A stretch of 64,000 nt of DNA from an uncultured Spirochaetota bacterium (GTDB lineage Bacteria; Spirochaetota; Spirochaetia; SZUA-6; Fen-1364): contig CAVTHO010000008.1 of NCBI GenBank assembly GCA_963734545.1, positions 812,643 to 876,642 on the forward strand. The letters run 5' to 3'. Shown one piece after another: positions 60,904 to 64,000 of this stretch. Numbering within the stretch: the stretch's first letter is position 1; every line of letters begins with the position of its first letter. The position numbers and the translations under genes were made by a program. Under the pieces are notes generated by a model that was not told where the DNA came from, made no database searches, and worked only from the letters and a program-made list of their open reading frames with translations.

Positions 60904-61657
60904 GGTATGTTCCTCCTGATTCGAGATTGCTCCCCGTGTAGTGGATGAAGACGTCATCGAGGGTGGCGTGTCGCTTTCCGATCGAGGCCTTCAGCTCCTC
61001 CGGTGTCCCCAGCGCAACAAGGCTTCCCTGGTGCATGATCGCCACCCGGTTGCACAAGGCGTCGGCCTCCTCCATCTGATGCGTGGTGAGGACGATCGTG
61101 GCCCCCGTGCGTTCCCGGAGCTCCCCGATATAGTCCCACATGGCGCGCCGCGCCGACGGGTCGAGGCCCACGGTCGGCTCATCGAGGAAGAGCACCCGCG
61201 GGTTGTGGATCATGGACTGGGCGACCTCCAGCCGCCGTATCATTCCACCGGAATACTGCCGCACGAGCTTGTCCGCTGCGTCGGCAAGCCCCATGAAGCC
61301 GAGCGCATCCTCCACCCGGGGCCGACGCTCCCTGCGCGGAACGTCGTACAGCCGCGCAAAGACAAGGAGGTTCTCCCTCCCCGTGAGCGTTCCGTCCGCG
61401 GATAGCATCTGGGGAACGTACCCGATGATCCTCCGCACCGCGCCGGCCTGGCGCACGACGTCCAGACCGTCCACGCGCGCGCTTCCCGCGCTCGGGGGCA
61501 GGAGTGTCGTGAGCATCTTGATCGTGGTGCTTTTTCCGGCCCCGTTGGGGCCGAGGAGCGCGAACATCTCCCCCCGCTCGATGACAAGGTTCAGCCTGTT
61601 CACGGCCACAAGGGTGGAGAACCTGCGCGTGAGATCTGTCAGCTCAAGTATTGGCAT
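60860..61657 (-). CDS. ABC transporter ATP-binding protein (DrrA-like)
   Basis: GPNGAGKST, YSGGM, LDEPTVGLDP, TTHQMEEAD. Confidence 0.93.
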   Translation of the reverse strand: MPILELTDLTRRFSTLVAVNRLNLVIERGEMFALLGPNGAGKSTTIKMLTTLLPPSAGSARVDGLDVVRQAGAVRRIIGYVPQMLSADGTLTGRENLLVFARLYDVPRRERRPRVEDALGFMGLADAADKLVRQYSGGMIRRLEVAQSMIHNPRVLFLDEPTVGLDPSARRAMWDYIGELRERTGATIVLTTHQMEEADALCNRVAIMHQGSLVALGTPEELKASIGKRHATLDDVFIHYTGSNLESGGTYRETRRTRRSARRLG

Positions 61658-62135
61658 GGGAACCGGACCTCCCTTCTGACCGGGGGTGCGCGCCTGCCGC
61701 GAAAACGCGCCTCAAATCGGACATCGCCCGCGTGACGGAGGAGAGCTCTTCCGCATCGAGGGAGCCGAGGAGACGGGAGAGGCTTTTCAGGGCCGCGCTG
61801 CGCGCGCGGGCAAGCGCCTGCGCGCCTTCGGCGGTGATCTCCATGGTCAGGCGGCGCCGGTCACCGGTCGACTCCCGTCGCTTGACCATGCCCCGACTGG
61901 AAAGGCCATCGATGAGCTTGCACGCGGAGGGAGGAGTAAGGCCGAGATGCGCGGCGAGCCCGTTGAGGGACGTGCCCGCCGACCTCTCTATGAACACGAG
62001 GGACCGGAACTGGGGAACGCTCAGATCGAGGGCGCGGTGACTCCGCATCTCCGTGCGGATGAATCTCATAACCGACGGCACGACATCGAGCACCTCGCGG
62101 GCGCACGCATCTGAAATCCTTGCCAATTCATTCAC
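61644..62135 (-). CDS. MarR-family transcriptional regulator
   Basis: LSVPQFRSL, LAAHLG, DRR..ITAEG; first gene of the efflux operon. Confidence 0.9.
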   Translation of the reverse strand: MNELARISDACAREVLDVVPSVMRFIRTEMRSHRALDLSVPQFRSLVFIERSAGTSLNGLAAHLGLTPPSACKLIDGLSSRGMVKRRESTGDRRRLTMEITAEGAQALARARSAALKSLSRLLGSLDAEELSSVTRAMSDLRRVFAAGAHPRSEGRSGSHANT

Positions 62136-62146
62136 CTTTCTAATAA

Positions 62147-62187
62147 TTAGATAATCTAAATCTATGACCGGTGAAGGAAATTGTCAA
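62147..62187 (-). promoter_or_regulatory. Sigma-70 promoter with overlapping MarR-type palindromic operator
   Basis: TTGACA-17-TAGATT (62159-62187); palindrome TTAGAT-A-ATCTAA (62147-62159) over the start site. Confidence 0.72.
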
Positions 62188-62273
62188 GCGCGGCAGGACC
62201 CGGGGGCGGAGGTGTCGCCATGGGGCGAGGGCTCGTGTATAATCCCTCAAAACCATCCAAGGAGGGATCCCCC

Positions 62274-63257
62274 GTGGCAGATGCTCAGGCGCGCCCGCTT
62301 GATTCCGGGCTGCGCGTCTCCCTTTTCCGCACGATGCTCCGCATCCGCGAGTTCGAGGACCTGGTCGCCGAGTCCTATCTCCGCGGCCTCACCGCCGGCT
62401 CCATGTTCCATCTTTCCGTGGGCGAGGAAGGCGTGGGGGCCGGGGCCGGCTGCGCCATGCAGGAAGGGGACGTGTTCACCACGCACCATCGCGGCCACGG
62501 GATCTTCCTGGCCCGGGGAGCAGACCCGGGGCGCATGTTCGCGGAGGTGTTCGGCCGCCGGGAAGGCTACTGCGCCGGCAAGGGCGGATCCATGCATATC
62601 GCCGACGCCCATCTCGGCCACATGGGGGCGAACGCCATCGTCGGTGCCAACATCCCCATTTCCCTCGGCGGCGGATTCTCCATGAAGTACCTGCGGACCG
62701 GCGGAACGAGCGTGGCTTTCTTCGGCGACGGCGCGCTCAACCAGGGCGTGCTGTACGAGTCGATGAACATGGCGGCCCTCTGGAAGCTGCCGGTGGTATT
62801 CCTGGTGGTGAACAACCAGTACGGGATGGGAACCCGCATCGACCGGGCCTCCGCGTGCCTGCGCTTCGTGGAGCGCGCGGAGACCTTCGGCGTGCGCGGC
62901 GCCGAGGTGGACGGCATGGATGTCGAAGCGGTCTACCGCACGGCGGGTGAGCTGTATGCCCACAGCCGCGCGGGAAACGGCCCCGCGTTTCTCATCGCCC
63001 ACTGCTATCGCTACTACGGCCATGGGAGAAAGGACCCCAGCCCCTACCGGACAAAGGAAGAGGAAGAGACGTGGAGGAAAAAGGACCCGGTCGAGGTGCA
63101 GAAGGCGCGCCTGAGGGACGAGGGCATTCTCGACGAACAGGCGGCCCCGGCGATGGTGCGTGAGGTCGCGGCGGAAATGGAGGCCGCGGTGAAGTGGGCC
63201 TCCGGCGCGAGCATGCCCGAGCCGGCCGACCTGTGGACCGGCGTCTACGCGGACTGA
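62274..63257 (+). CDS. TPP-dependent dehydrogenase E1 alpha subunit (pyruvate/acetoin dehydrogenase-like)
   Basis: HLSVGEE, HRGHG, GKGGSMH, FFGDGA...NNQYG, YRYYGH, DP. Confidence 0.92.
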   Translation: MADAQARPLDSGLRVSLFRTMLRIREFEDLVAESYLRGLTAGSMFHLSVGEEGVGAGAGCAMQEGDVFTTHHRGHGIFLARGADPGRMFAEVFGRREGYCAGKGGSMHIADAHLGHMGANAIVGANIPISLGGGFSMKYLRTGGTSVAFFGDGALNQGVLYESMNMAALWKLPVVFLVVNNQYGMGTRIDRASACLRFVERAETFGVRGAEVDGMDVEAVYRTAGELYAHSRAGNGPAFLIAHCYRYYGHGRKDPSPYRTKEEEETWRKKDPVEVQKARLRDEGILDEQAAPAMVREVAAEMEAAVKWASGASMPEPADLWTGVYAD

Positions 63258-63267
63258 GGAGGCGGCA

Positions 63268-64000
63268 ATGGCACAGATGATGTACCGCGACGCGCTCCGC
63301 GCCGCCCTGCACGAGGAGATGGCACGCGACTCCCGCGTGTTCGTGATCGGGGAGGAAGTGGGACGATACGGCGGCGCCTATGCGGTGACCAAAGGCTTGT
63401 TCGACGAGTTCGGCGCGGAGCGCCTGGTGGACGCGCCCATCAGCGAGGCCTCCACGGTGGGCCTGGGCGTCGGCGCCGCCATCACGGGCCTTCGCCCGGT
63501 GGTGGAGCTGATGTACGTGGACTTCGTGGGGCTTGCGATGGACCAGATCGCCAACCAGATGGCAAAGGTCCGCTACATGACCGGCGGCCAGGTGACCGTG
63601 CCCATGGTCCTGCGCACCCAGGGCGGCACCGGCCGTTCTGCCGGCGCCCAGCACTCGCAGAGCCTCGAGTCGTGGCTCGCGCACGTTCCCGGCCTTCGCG
63701 TGGTGATGCCCGCCACCCCGGCAGATGCAAAAGGCCTCCTGAAGACCGCCGTGCGCAGCGACGATCCGGTGGTTTTCATCGAGCACAAGGCCTTGTACGC
63801 GATGAAGGGCGACGTGCCGGACGGCGAGCACCTGGTGCCCTTCGGCGCCGCCAATACGGTGAGACCCGGCAGGGACCTCACGATCATCACGTATTCGCGG
63901 ATGGTCCATGTCGCGCTTGAAGCCGCGCAGAAGCTCGCGGCCGAAGGGATCGAGGCAGAGGTCATCGACCTCCGCACGCTCAACCCCCTGGACATGGACA
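63268..64000 (+). CDS. 2-oxoacid dehydrogenase E1 beta subunit (3' end beyond window)
   Basis: Translated by hand: MAQMMYRDALRAAL..GEEVG..DAPISE..DQIANQ..AGAQHSQ..FIEHK..IDLRTLNPLD. Confidence 0.92.
   Translation, partial: MAQMMYRDALRAALHEEMARDSRVFVIGEEVGRYGGAYAVTKGLFDEFGAERLVDAPISEASTVGLGVGAAITGLRPVVELMYVDFVGLAMDQIANQMAKVRYMTGGQVTVPMVLRTQGGTGRSAGAQHSQSLESWLAHVPGLRVVMPATPADAKGLLKTAVRSDDPVVFIEHKALYAMKGDVPDGEHLVPFGAANTVRPGRDLTIITYSRMVHVALEAAQKLAAEGIEAEVIDLRTLNPLDMD

Noticed and set aside
1-64000. CRISPR arrays, transposases, prophage genes, rRNA, defence systems, riboswitches
   Set aside because: No spaced direct repeats or recognisable motifs were seen by eye; an Rfam/Infernal scan would be needed to exclude structured RNAs at 8990-9230 and 29590-29800.

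Overview
A GC-rich bacterial chromosome segment, most likely from an anaerobic, free-living Spirochaetota member. The evidence is a DUF2259 protein, the small membrane gene after lspA, spirochaete-type lipoboxes and an electron-bifurcating Bcd-EtfAB with a ferredoxin-fused EtfA. Housekeeping content includes purQ/purL, proS, lspA, a DAHP synthase, pdxS/pdxT with a MocR regulator, a 2-oxoacid dehydrogenase E1, tRNA-Ala(GGC), tRNA-Val(CAC), two ABC systems and several signalling proteins. The standout is a tightly coupled 9-gene operon at 31570-40795 behind a sigma-54 promoter with tandem upstream palindromes. It encodes a UbiA prenyltransferase, an Old Yellow Enzyme, an ACP, an SPT/AOS-family PLP enzyme, a DAGK/sphingosine-kinase-family protein, a ThiL-like kinase, a FabF-type ketosynthase, an extended SDR and a radical SAM enzyme. 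It looks like an undescribed sphingolipid-like or amino-lipid pathway, possibly with lipid-diphosphate activation and transfer by UbiA; this function is inferred, not shown. A bCerS/YghO-like GNAT, a sigma-54-preceded polyprenol/DAG kinase and an AraM-type G1P dehydrogenase are also in the window. At least eight single-base frameshifts in five genes, including purL, are most likely sequencing errors. All calls come from reading motifs by eye; no searches were run.
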